This document shows, one piece after another, positions 1 through 12,085 of a stretch of 20,000 nt of DNA; the stretch's first letter is position 1; every line of letters starts with the position of its first letter. The DNA is taken from the NCBI GenBank assembly GCA_016618085.1, contig JABLTG010000002.1, positions 371,070 through 391,069 of the forward strand, in the 5' to 3' direction. A program made the translations under genes and the position numbers. The notes beneath the pieces are model-generated. The model searched no databases and had not been told where the DNA came from. It saw only the letters and a program-made list of their open reading frames with translations. Origin of the DNA: Neovahlkampfia damariscottae (taxonomy: Eukaryota).

Positions 1-1
1 G

Positions 2-3000
2 AAAGCCAAATCAATAGACAAAAAAATTTCTTCCAAAGATGAAAATTTGTTCTTTTTGACTGCTGATTTCTTCACTCCTTCTTACGGATTTGCAACAGGA
101 AATGAAAAAAGAACAATATTTAGTTATGATAGAATTGAATCAAATGTTACATTTTCAAACGAAAATTTAAGGAATAGATATAATTTCACATGTACAAAAT
201 ATGCAATTAGTCAAACTTTGGATTGTATCACTCCAGTTTTACCTTCAATCGATTTTCCTGTTTATTCATCTCATCCAATGATTTACACAAAAATAGATAA
301 GGTATTGTCCATGTCCTGGATTGTTTATGAAAGAAGAGAAATTTCATCATTTTATCCAGAAGTTGCTCCTGCAAGCTCATCTGATTTTGAAATATCCATT
401 TTCTTAGATCAACAAATGACCATATTTGAAGGATCATTATATTTGGTTGTTGCTCCAAAATCAAATGAAGATGAGCGATATAATCTTGGAAAATTAAACA
501 ATACTGTAAACGCATCAACTATCATCTCAAAATTACCTGGAGGCACATATCCAATTGAATTGTTTTACTTTAATCCAAATTCTTTTGAGTTTAGATCCAT
601 GTTTTCAATTTCATCACAGAAGAACATTACATTCTTGACAAAATCAACAATTAAATTTATTTCAGGTCAAAACATTCTATACCTTGATACAAAATCAAAT
701 GTGACAATAAAATTACTGGAAAAAGTGAATATGTTAGATTTTCATCGTTCAAAGGTAACTTGTCGCTTAGGAGATACATTTCTTGAAACTTATTATAACT
801 CTACCAATCCAGATGAATATGTTTGTTCAATAACATCTTCAGTTGAAAAAATAGATTCAATCAAACTGTATTACAAAGATGAAAAAGCTTTAAATGGATC
901 AATTGACATTTCAAAGAATGATTTGGATATAATATTTGTAAAAGTTGAAAATGTTACCTCTGTTGCACCATTCGCATCCATACAATCATCACAAGAAGTA
1001 TTCATCAACTCAACATTGAATCCAATAATATATGGATCTAAAGTTTCATATGCATGTTCGTTTAATAATTCAGTTTTTGTTGGATTTATTGAAGGGAATT
1101 ATGTAAAATGCACAATTTCAACAAGTTCAAATGTTGCTTTTTCTGAGCCTGTCAAATTGATTATCAAATCAGTTGAAACAGGTATCTGGTTATTTTTGAC
1201 AAATAATAGAGACGAAAATACATTATTGTATTTTTTGAAACCTTTGAATTCAAAATCTATCTATCCTTTCTTGCAAACACATAAAATTTCTGGAAATGGG
1301 TTTTTATCAGATACAATCACAATAGAAGTAGAATCACCTTTGATTTTGATTAAAGAAGTATATTGTAGATATGTGGATACTAATGGACATCAAAGACTGT
1401 CAAAAGCAAATTACAAAGAAGGAAACTCAAGCAAAATAATTTGTTCTATCGATAATTATGTATTTCAACAAGTGGTTCAAGATATACAAGTTAATTTGTG
1501 GTTAAATGCCACTCTTGGGTCTTCATTTGATATAACAAGTTTTTCTCAAACTTACTTGTTTGTGAGAGAACCACTACAGTGGGAATCACTAAAAGTTTTC
1601 AATCAAAATTCAACTGATTCACATGTGATCAATTACACTAGAAAAGGAAACTTTATTTATTCAGTTGAAATGACTCCAAGTATTGGAACTGTAAACAAAT
1701 CACTTTTAAATTGTGATTTTACAAAGAGTAAACCGTCTTGTAACTTTACAGAGTCAAATATCAATTCAATATTGTATAATCCAAGTATATTGAACATTAC
1801 ATTTTTTGTTAAAGATTCTTCATTAAATATTGCTGCACCTGTGCTCGTTAATCCTGTTACTTACTATTCAAATGTTGATATTCAACATTTGAAACCATAT
1901 GTAATATCATTTCATGAACATCAATTTCATCCAGCAAGAATCATTTCAAATGTCTATACAAAATTGAACTCAAGAGATTTTTCTTTTAAATGCAAAATCA
2001 CATCAAATAATATGTCAGTTACATCTGAAACTTCTTTCGATTTGAAGTCTTTTGAATATCAGAATGGATTGGATAAAGAATCACATTTTACTTGTTCATT
2101 CAATACTTTTGGTACATCCGAAACATTTGATATTCAACTGTTATTTGAGTCGGCTCAAGGAGATATTATTTTGACAAAAAAACCTGCAAAGATTAATGGA
2201 GTTAAAACAAAACCACCATTTTCACCGATTGTTGGATCAATATCAGGAGATTTTCAGATTGGGCCACTGTTTTTGTATTCACATCCAACTTCAGGTTATT
2301 CAAATTATACTTTAGCATTTAAATTAAGCACTTATGTTGGTTATGTCGATATTCCTTGCTCTGGAAGTGATCTATCTGGATGTACGTTTCCTTCTCTGAA
2401 GAATATGTACACAGATTTGATAAAACCAAAAAAACTGAAACTTTTTATGTTTCTTGATTCTGTTCAAGCGATTTCATTCAATCCTTATGTCACATTGTTT
2501 CCTGAAATAAAAGTGAAACAAATTTTACCATCGAAATTTATTTCAGCTAAAAAATCGAATGAAATTGGTGAACCTTTGAAATTCATTTTTGATTCTGAAT
2601 TCAAATACTTTGGAGAAGATATAAAATCACATTATTATTTGGGAACAAGTGAAGTTCCAGGAAAATGCACCATTGAAAGTTCAAAAATATTAACTTGTTC
2701 AGCACCATCATTTGATGAACCAGGAGAAGCAAGAATAAGTTTTTCCACAGGCCCAAATTCAAATGTCTATTACCTGAATTCAACATTGACCATTTTTGAT
2801 GACAGTATCATTTCTGCCCTGGACACATCAAATTCAATTTTGAACTTTGAAAGAAATACCTCTTTAACAATTTTGGGTGTCAATTTCTTGAATTCTGATA
2901 TCAAACTTAGATTTTATGATAACTATATTGATAAAATTGTTGATGGAAAATTTGTTGATGATAAAACTATTAAAGTGACAGTCACACCATTTTATGATAA

Positions 3001-6000
3001 ACATATTGTTCTTCCAAGAAAATTAGCTTTGAGTATCTCATTTGATTCTGGATCAAGTTATATTTCAACTACATTAAGTTTTACAATTCCCAAATTTTCA
3101 GATTTTTCATTCAAACCGAACTTCATTGTAAAAGGAAATCACTCAAATGGAATTTCACTTTTGGGATTGGAAAATGTAAAATTTTCCGACACATTAAGTT
3201 TAAGATTATTAAAGAAGAATTCAAATGAATTCCTGAGTTTGAATTGTGATCGTCCAGTTACCAAATGCAATACTTCATCAATTCCAACAGTTACCGGAGA
3301 TTATGATCTCAAAGTTGGTTACATTGATGAAATTGGTATTTGGAAGGATTATTTCTTGATATCCAATGATGTTATGACTGTCTATGGTAAATTCAATTTT
3401 TCATACACTCACTTTTGTAGAATATATTCCTCCAATAAGTTTTCTTCCTCAAATTTTCATTTGCAAAGACACAAAGAATCCAATTTTGATCAAAGGGAAT
3501 TTTACCGGATTTAAATCTGTTTTATTCAAATATGAAATGCAACAAAATGTTTTATTTGCGGTTCAAACTCAAGACACTTTAGTTTATGGAGACATATCAC
3601 AAAATGAATTGAAATCCAAAGTTCCACCTAACAATGCATCAAGTACAGCCATTTCCATATCGTTCAATGATGGACTAAGTTTTCATTTTATCACGGAACT
3701 ACCTATTCTTTCAACTTATATTTTAGATTCTGTTTCACCTAATACATTTGAACAAAATGTCTTTTTGATTTATGAAGCAAGAGAAGCATTATTGAAAGGA
3801 AAAGGATTTGTTTCCAATGGAAAAATGAAACTAAAATTTCAAAATCCAACAGCAGAGCATGATATTACAGACGTTTCAGAAGTCAAATTTGTTTCATCAA
3901 CTGATGTGACATTTACTGTACCTCCGATTTCATTTTTCAATTTTACATATCCTCTACGTTTTCCATTTACTTTCAACCTCGGTTTAAGTTTTAATGACGG
4001 ATTTGATTTTGAATTTATTCCTTTTGTTTATGTTGATGCATGTAAGATTTGATAATTTCTGGTTAACCTTTTTTTAGATCCACAAGCTGATTTTATTGGC
4101 ATTAATCCGATAATTAGTTCAAGAAGAGAGTTTAATATCTCGTTGTATGTTTACAATCCACAATTGGTCCATTTATGTTCATGGTATCTTCCTTCAAATA
4201 TTTCTATTGGAAATGAAATATATGAAACTTATCCTGAGTACTCAAACTTGACAAAATCAATGAGTTGTCATGTGCCAAAGTTTTTATCAAAATATGATGA
4301 AGTTGTTATTAGTGTTAAAAATGCTCAATTAGAATTGAATGTTAAAACATACACACTCATGTTTTATGGTAAATAGAAAAATTTCTAATTTTTATAGATT
4401 CACCAACTCTTCTGTCAATCATTCCAGACAGATCACCATCTTTTGGTGGTGTAGCTACGACTATCACAGCCACCAACTTCTTGGAACCAGCTTTGAACTC
4501 TGCAGTCACAAAGATTTATTGTAAATATGGAGATATTGCTTGTGTTGAAGTAAGATCAATATTTTTCTAACAATACATAGAACTGTAAATTTGGAAACAA
4601 TATGACAATAATATGCCCTGTCCAATCACATCCACCTGGAAAAGCTAATTTTTCGATTTCTTATAATCAAATTGATTGGCATTACTTGGATGCATACAGT
4701 TTTACATTTGAAACTTGTGATGTTGGGTATACTGCAGAAAGTTATAAACAGCCATGTAAATTGTGTCCTCCTGGAACATACAAACCAACAAGAGGTTTAT
4801 ATGATTGTATAAAATGTGAAGTTGGAACATACACAGAATTTGCTGGAGCCTCTATTTGTGAAAAATGTCCTACAAATACCACAAGTGATATTGTTGGTTC
4901 TTCAAGTAATATCAATTGCGTTTGTGCGCCGGGATACTATGTTAATCCAGAAACACAATATTATGCAAATGGAGATCGGAGATGCACCACTTGTCCAAGT
5001 GGAGCTTTGTGTCCAGGTAGCAATACAACAAAACCGATTGCTGAATATGGATATTGGTATTCTAAATCAGATTATCATAATTTCTACAAATGTAATCCTG
5101 AATCCTCATGTGGAGGAGTTGGTCCTGAGAATTGTACAGCTGGTTATACCGGAATTAGATGTGGAAATTGTCAAAATCGACATTACAAATTTCAAAAGAG
5201 ATGTGTTCAATGTGAAGCACCTCAATGGACTTGGATTCGTTTGTTTGGAATAGTTGTCGCTTTTTCAGTTGTAACTATAATGTTCTTTGCTTTGTCATCA
5301 ATTAAAGTTCATCATATTGCATCCATTGCTATTGCTGTTTCATTTTGGCAAGTTATTTCAATGTTCGCAAGATTTGATATTGACTGGCCAACATTGATTG
5401 GTGGAACATTGACTGCTTCATCAGCAACTAACTTCAACACTGATTTTCTCAGTCCTAATTGTGTATTTCCAGGAATGAGATACACAACATTATGGATCAT
5501 TCAAATGTTAGTTCCTGTAGGATTTATTGTCTCATTTACAATCCTTTATATTGGATTGGTTATCAGATCATTCATTGCAGGAACAGTTGGAAAATATCTA
5601 TTCAGGAGGATTTTAAAATGTAGATATATTCACCCTCGAAACAAAGAATATTTGGAAGTCAAATCAAAATTGAAAAGATTTATTAGGGACCTTCGTTTTC
5701 ACATCACTAATACAGCAATTTTTGGAATCAATTTTGTAATATGGGCATTATCTCAATCTTCAACTCGTCGTGATTTATTGAAAATTTTCAATGCAATAGT
5801 CAATGCTCTATTGTCACTTTTAAGTTTTTCTTTCATTTACATCATGACAACAGCATCTGAGATTTTTGTTTGTACAACTCAACCAAATGGTGTTTTGACT
5901 TTAGATGCCTCACCTGATATAATTTGTATGCAAGGAGAATGGTGGATTATGTTTCCAATCACAATGATTTGTTACATTGGATTTGGAGGAGGAGCTTTTC

Positions 6001-7660
6001 TTTACTTTTTAGTATTGATTCTTAAATTCAGAGATTGGGAGAAAAACACAAATTTCATTGAAAGAAATAAGTTTATTTTAACAAGATTTAGAAAGAAATT
6101 CTTTTATTGGGAGGCAGTAGATACAATCAGAAAGACTATTATTTCAGTAATTTATATTTTCTTGGATGAAATGTTAGTTATTGTTGTGGGTATTGTTGTT
6201 CTTTATATAGGATTATTGATGCAAATTCATTTTGTTCCTTACAAAAGAAAGTTTCACAATATCATGGAGTACTTCATTTTAGTTGTCTCTTTGGCCACTT
6301 TATTCTTTGGTCTATTGTTCTTTGTGAATAGTTTTCCAAGTCGAGAAATTGAATTGATGTCAGAATGGATAGCTTTTTTGGTAATTATCATTAGTACATG
6401 TATTGTAGGAGTGATGATTGCATGGGATGCTTATACGAGAAGAGTAAATTATTTGCTATTTTTTAACTAATTCCTTAGAAAAATGATAAGAAAAGAATAA
6501 AAAATCAATTCAGGAAATTGATAAAACTACATGAAAAAGATGAAGCAATGAGATCTATCATTGTTGGATTACATGATTTAGAAGAAGATGATGATCTATT
6601 CAACGTTAAAAATGTTCCTTGGGATGTAGAATATTCATATCTTCCATTTGAATATAAAACTGATTCAGCGTCACCAGAAGAAGAATTTAACAACATCAAT
6701 GATATTTTTGAGAATTTATTTTCTTGGAAAAGATTCAACAGAAAAATATATTTGATTAAAAGAAAAGGAAAAAGAACAACAAAAGTTATTCAAAAAATGT
6801 CACACAGAAAAGATGAAATTAACATTAAAAAACAAGAAACATTCCAAAAAACGTTGAAAAAAGTTAAAAAGAAAACGATTTTCCAAAATTTAGATGAGAA
6901 GAAACTTGAAAAAGAATTGGATAGATATGAAAGAGATAAAATTGAAATTGAAGAAGAAAAAAGACAACTTGAACTTAAGAGAAAAAAGAAACCAAAGAAA
7001 CCTATGAAACCTATAAAACCGTTACATTCCAGAAAATATGAAGATACAGACAATGAAATTACAAACAAAAACAAAAGATCACAAAACAATTTTGGAACTT
7101 CATTTAGAATTTCAAGAAGAAATGATGGATCAATAATCAAAAGTCCAATTGGTTCTAATGCTGGTACTCCAACCATTCAGATATTATCTTCACCAAGATA
7201 TAATTATCCAATGGCCCAATCAGAAGTTTCTTTCAATGATGATCTTTTGTCATCACCAAAGAGGAGAAATTTAGATGATAAACTGAGAAATTTCATGTCA
7301 GATGATGATTTAGAAACAGATGATGAATTTATTCTTTCACCAAAATCACCAAAAAGTATTGACAAAAGTTGGTCGTGTCATTATGATTCTACATCAGGAT
7401 TTCCTTATTATTACAATGCAATCACTCATGAAAGTACTTGGGAAAAACCTCAAGCGATTATTGATTTCGAATCAAGATCTTCTTTACTCTCATCACCAAC
7501 TTCAAGTAATAATGGTACTCCTGTGTTGCTTGAACGTCTGGTTAATAAAAGAAGAACAGAAACATCCCCAATCTCAAAAGTTACGGAAGAAAATTTTTCA
7601 TTGGCTCTGTCAAAGCATTTAAAGAGGAGTAGTTCCAAAAAAAATGAAGAAATTCAATAA
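2..7660 (+). CDS. Giant multi-pass receptor-like membrane protein, 5' end outside window: long ectodomain with IPT/TIG-like repeats, Cys-rich Ephrin_rec_like (GCC2/GCC3) repeats, ~9-TM TRP/Flc-like membrane domain, cytoplasmic tail with WW domain. Exons 2-3386, 3421-4041, 4078-4368, 4398-4549, 4581-6443, 6479-7660 (2497 aa in window)
   Basis: The frame is open from the window edge. Five GT-AG introns (3387-3420, 4042-4077, 4369-4397, 4550-4580, 6444-6478) join the track ORFs in frame (7494 nt). Motifs: IPT-like 'PTLLSIIPDRSPSFGGVATTITATNF' and 'LTILGVNF...ISFDSG'; Cys repeats 'CKLCPPGTYKPTRGLYDCIKCEVGTY'; membrane-domain motifs 'WQVISMF...DWP', 'FFYWEAVDTIRK', 'PYK...NIME'. Domain names come from motif recall, not a search. 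Confidence 0.85.
7361..7450 (+). other. WW domain in the cytoplasmic tail of the giant membrane protein
   Basis: DKSWSCHYDSTSGFPYYYNAITHESTWEKP fits the W-x8-G-x2-YYYN-x2-T-x2-STW-x2-P WW consensus. Confidence 0.9.
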
Positions 7661-7808
7661 AACTTTAATTTGTTTTTTTCTCATGTTTTTCTTAATACAC
7701 TCCCAAATTGAGTTACCCATCAACTCATTTTCATTTGCAGTTCAATTTTAATGTTGAACTATCTAGATGTAATATAATTGGTCAACAGTTTAGTTTTTGA
7801 AAAACAAC

Positions 7809-8435
7809 ATGCAAACACAAAACCTACACAACAAACCTAATCTCAGAACTAAAGGAAAAAGAAGAGGAATCAGAACAGGAAACACGATAAAATTTGATAT
7901 TGTATCCTTCAATGAATCAAAGAATCATCAATTTACCTTTGATATTCACCAAACCAATGAAAACTTGAATTCCAAGAGAATTATCAAACATTATTCCTAC
8001 ACACCTTCTTTACCTCAATCATTAGATAAAGATAAAAGATGGGAAAAACTTGAAGAACTCAAAAAAAATCCGGAATACCTGGTGGTAGAATATCCAAGTT
8101 TCCACCGCACCAAAACAACAAAATGGGAAAACAAATACAAATTCAAACAACATGAAACCAAAAATGAAAATAAGTTTATTGTTGTGAAAAATCGAAAAGG
8201 AAGAAGTATTAAAAAAATTGAAAATAAAAAACTGACGGAAGAGAAGAAGACATTTTCAGACGCTAAATTTGTCATTGAAATCCAAAGACCAACAAAAAAA
8301 GGAATCGATCCTGTTTTCAGAAGAGATACTGCTGAATATTTATCAGATTATGAAGATTATTGCCCATCAGGTTTTGAAAAAAATCACAGAAAAAAAAAAA
8401 GAACAAAAAGAAAAAAAGAATGTACAATAGAATAA
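7809..8435 (+). CDS. Hypothetical Lys/Arg-rich protein (~208 aa), intronless, possible C-terminal nuclear localisation signal
   Basis: First ATG at 7809, open to TAA at 8433-8435. ATTGG box at 7777-7781 upstream. Fills the gap between neighbouring genes. Ends HRKKKRTKRKKECTIE. No recognised domain. Confidence 0.7.
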   Translation: MQTQNLHNKPNLRTKGKRRGIRTGNTIKFDIVSFNESKNHQFTFDIHQTNENLNSKRIIKHYSYTPSLPQSLDKDKRWEKLEELKKNPEYLVVEYPSFHRTKTTKWENKYKFKQHETKNENKFIVVKNRKGRSIKKIENKKLTEEKKTFSDAKFVIEIQRPTKKGIDPVFRRDTAEYLSDYEDYCPSGFEKNHRKKKRTKRKKECTIE

Positions 8436-8483
8436 ATATTTTTCAAAATAATGAAATTTATTATTGAAGAGAGGGTTTCATTT

Positions 8484-10667
8484 TCATTTGACAACTTTGA
8501 AATCATTTGAATGAGCATGTTGTTTTCTTTTTTTATTCATTCCAAAATAATTGATTCTATAAGTTCCAGGAGATGTATCAGATGTAATTTTCCATGTTAC
8601 AGTGATGATGTATTTTCCTTTTTTCTTCGTTTCATAAATAGTTGTTTCAATATGAGAATCTGTTTTGATCATTTTCCAATGTCCAAATCCAACTTGTCTT
8701 TCCACATTCATCAAAGTTGAAAAATGTTTAAAACCAGATTTTAATTTGTTTCCATGAAATTTAACTTTCACAGTTTCTCCAATAGTATAAGTTTTTTTTG
8801 GTTTTTGTTTCATTGTACCAAATTTTCTTCCCTTTTTTCTAAAGATTTTGAAAAGTTTCTTGAATGTTTTTCCAATTTTTCTGAATTTTTTCAAACCTGT
8901 GTGGACAGAGAATTTACGAAGATTTTTTGTTTCTTTTTGTAATTGATATGTTTTGACTTTTGGTTTTCTATTGTGTGCCATTGAATGAATTAAACTATCG
9001 AATTCTTGATGATATGCGTTTAATTGATATTGTCCAAAAAGAGTGGAAGCTCCTTCATATCTGAAATTGGTGAATTCTTCTGGTGTTGTTGTGTAATGAG
9101 TATATCCATTAGCAACAGTATTTATAATAACTTTCCCATTTCTTCCAATAATTCTATTTTGAATCAATGTTTTTTTCAAACTATTTGACAATCTTCTTGC
9201 AGCCATTGTTGTCAATTCAGTGGAAACAGAAAATATAACAATTTGACCAATTTTGAATATTTGCAATGGTGAATATTTAGGAATCCATCTGTAAGGTTTT
9301 TTCAAGTTCAAATTTAAAACAGCCTTCTTTGGTCTTTGACATTTCTTTTGTGATTTTTTTGGTTTTGAAACTAATGATGTGAAGAGTTTAATGAAAACAG
9401 GAACTTTTTGTTTTCCTTGAATTACATTCATTCCAGAAACACCATCAGATGTACCTCCAAAAAATGAAGGACCCATTGCAGGAACACATAATTTTCCGCT
9501 TCTTCGACGTAGCATATATTTTCTTCTAATTTTTACTGATGACAATTTGACGAAATTATGAGCAAAATCGATTGGACCTGTTACTTCAATAGATGCAGAA
9601 TTGAATAATTCAAGAGCTTTCTTGTATTGTTTTCCACCAATAATTCTGAGATTTTTCATTCTATCATCTGTAGGTCCTTTTCCAAGACATTTGACAGCAT
9701 TTCCATTGCAATGACCAGTGAAATCACATCTTTTACCATTTGGACAAAAAGCACCTCTTGTATTTGCAGAAGCATCTCCTGAAGGAGCTTCAGGAAAAGA
9801 AGCAATAAATTTGTTATGTCCAGGTTGATATCCATGATATAATTTTGAATTTATATTTTTTTCAAACATATAAGAAGCATATCCTTTGTTATCTCCTGAA
9901 ATCAATTTATTTGAAGATGATAATGATGTTGGATGAACTGAAAACCAAGCAATGACACCCAAAGGTTTGTTTTTTGAATCGACGAATTTCAAGATTCTCA
10001 TTGTCTTATCAGTGTTTCCATCTCTATATTTTCTTCTTTCAGAGCGTGGATTTTTCAAGTAAGAACCTGGAGAACGACTAATATTTTGTTGTTTAGAAGA
10101 ATAAGGAAGTTACTTGATATTTGCTTTATACAATTTTCCTTCGTTGTAATAAATCTTTCCTTGAACCATGTTGTTATGTGCTTCAACTATTGAATTCACA
10201 ACACCTTTAACGATAATGTTATAACTGACTGAAGAAAAACCGAAGGTAGCAATGTTGTACAAAGCACCAAAGGAGTATCCACCTGGCCCAGAGTGTTGAT
10301 GTGTAGAACTTAAACATAAGTTTTCATAGCTATATAAGTTTCCATATTTCTTTCTTAGTTCATTGATGACTCCTTCTTTGACAGATTCTTGAGCTGACCA
10401 TAAATCTGTGTTGACATAAATCATCCTTTTGTTTGCTTGTTCGACAATATAAGCTCTCGAAAATAATCTAAAATAAATTCCTTTGCCAATTTGTTTGTCA
10501 GAAGCATATCCATAGAAGCCAATTCTTGAAAATAAGGTTAGAAGATGAGATGAAGAGGATTACCCCGTCGGTCCTGTGATATCTGAGATACCAACACCGA
10601 TTTTGTAAGCTTCTGTATTTAAAACTAGTAAAACGACGAGAAGTGATGCGAGGACTTTCGAAAGCAT
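8484..10667 (-). CDS. ASAH2: Neutral/alkaline non-lysosomal ceramidase family protein with signal peptide (702 aa). Exons 10667-10564, 10524-10114, 10077-8484
   Basis: Signal peptide MLSKVLASLLVVLLVLNTEA, then YKIGVGISDITGP..GFYGYA, RLFSRAY, STHQHSGPGG, ANINRSP (created by splicing intron 10078-10113), WFSVHPTS, LISGDNKGYASYMFEK, ELTTMAARR, YEGASTLFG. Introns 10525-10563 (39 nt) and 10078-10113 (36 nt); spliced length 2109 nt. Confidence 0.95.
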
Positions 10668-10783
10668 ACGTTGAAAAAACGAATTGAAAAAGAATGAATT
10701 GATTGGCCCAATTTAAAACCCAACAACCAATGAAATCAAATTGAAGGTCTTCTAAAAATGGACATTTCGTCAGAAAATGATAT
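10668..10783 (-). promoter_or_regulatory. Ceramidase promoter with clustered CCAAT boxes
   Basis: ATTGG 10702-10706, CCAAT 10708-10712 and CCAAT 10727-10731 lie within 65 nt of the ATG. Confidence 0.55.
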
Positions 10784-12085
10784 TTATTTTTTTTTCTTAT
10801 TCATGACGCAAGGACAAATCTGATCGTATGGTTCATGTTTATACATTGTTTTGCACTTTAAAGTCTCTGGTTTATCTACTAAATAATTCGCTACTTGCTT
10901 CACTCTTCTTTCAGGCATTCGAATATTTCCACCAATATCATAAAGTGTAATCAATGGAAAAAAATGGGAAACTATCAATTTTGAATTCGCAAAAGCGAAT
11001 AAGTTATCATGACATTTCCCATTTTGTTGACGACAAAAGGTTTCACATGTGATGTTTTGATATTTCTTTGGTATTATTTTCACTTGTAATTCATTCATTA
11101 ATTTTAATTTCATTTCTAAATCACCTGGAAATGACATTTTATTTTCAAAATTCAACATATAAGGAATCTGTAATTTAGTATCACCACAAGGTGAAAGTGG
11201 AAAAGCACCACAAAAATCATCATCATAATGATCAATTCTGTCAAGAAAATATGTTCTTATTAATGACATACACGGAATACTCCTATGACCACCATTATCC
11301 ACCAGAGACTCACTCCCAATATGAACAAACATATTATATCGATAAGTATGAGATGTAACATCTCTTTTATAATTTGGATATTGATTTTTCCATAAAAATA
11401 TCAAATAAGAATCATGTGGATATTGAGGCTTTGTTTCAATCAATTCAGTCAAGCCTCTGATAATTTCAGGTATACCATCACATGGTATGATTAATCCATT
11501 CAATCCAATTGATGTCCTTATAGTCCTCCATTTATTAAAGTACTTATTCGCCCAAGCATAAACAAACATCCAATGATTGATCGAATTTTCACACATCTCA
11601 AAATCATCCTCCATTAAAATGAACATTTTTTGATTATTGGCAGAACACATACCCTTCCACATTTTCATCATTTCCAAAATTTGTGTTGTATGTCTTGTTT
11701 TTGAGTTCTTAATTTCCTTTTTTGGTTTCTTCAACAAATAGTAATTTGGATGATTATATTCTTCATAACCAAACAAAAAAGTGTGTATTTTTACATTTGG
11801 ATAAACCTTGAATGTTTTATGAATTGAGTCAATGGTTCTTTGTAAATATTTATAACCAACATTTTTTCTTTTTGCTGTTGGAATTATAAAATTAAAATTC
11901 AAGTTCAAAGGTTCATTAGTATTTTTTAATTCTTGTTTTTTTGGTTTTTTTGTTTCACAGATTGTTGGTTTAATTTGCGGACAAATTTTTTGAGGCTGTG
12001 GACGCTTGAAATAAAAGAATATCAGTGAAATTGCTGCAAGAAATAATAAAATTAGAAAAAATTGAAACAACTTCAACTGTCTCAT
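10784..12085 (-). CDS. Type II membrane (Golgi-type) GT-A glycosyltransferase, GT54/MGAT4-like catalytic region with Cys-rich MGAT5-like C-terminal domain (433 aa, intronless)
   Basis: Short N-tail plus TM (LFQFFLILLFLAAISLIFFYF) and stem. IIPTAKRK..YLQRTIDS, LMEDDF and FVHIGSESL resemble the MGAT4 motifs GIPTVKR..YL..TL.S, LEDD and FQH.G..SSL. C-terminus has CxxxC-x6-C...F...N...C...QICPC. Confidence 0.75.
   Translation of the reverse strand: MRQLKLFQFFLILLFLAAISLIFFYFKRPQPQKICPQIKPTICETKKPKKQELKNTNEPLNLNFNFIIPTAKRKNVGYKYLQRTIDSIHKTFKVYPNVKIHTFLFGYEEYNHPNYYLLKKPKKEIKNSKTRHTTQILEMMKMWKGMCSANNQKMFILMEDDFEMCENSINHWMFVYAWANKYFNKWRTIRTSIGLNGLIIPCDGIPEIIRGLTELIETKPQYPHDSYLIFLWKNQYPNYKRDVTSHTYRYNMFVHIGSESLVDNGGHRSIPCMSLIRTYFLDRIDHYDDDFCGAFPLSPCGDTKLQIPYMLNFENKMSFPGDLEMKLKLMNELQVKIIPKKYQNITCETFCRQQNGKCHDNLFAFANSKLIVSHFFPLITLYDIGGNIRMPERRVKQVANYLVDKPETLKCKTMYKHEPYDQICPCVMNKKKK

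Noticed and set aside
3384..6520. Apparent frameshifts or pseudogene between the overlapping ORFs of the first gene
   Set aside because: Each break is resolved by a canonical 29-36 nt GT-AG intron with the correct phase.
8839..8896. Cationic ceramidase segment as an unspliced intron (GTTTGA donor-like site)
   Set aside because: The plausible acceptors give 38- or 58-nt removals that would frameshift the conserved C-terminal domain.
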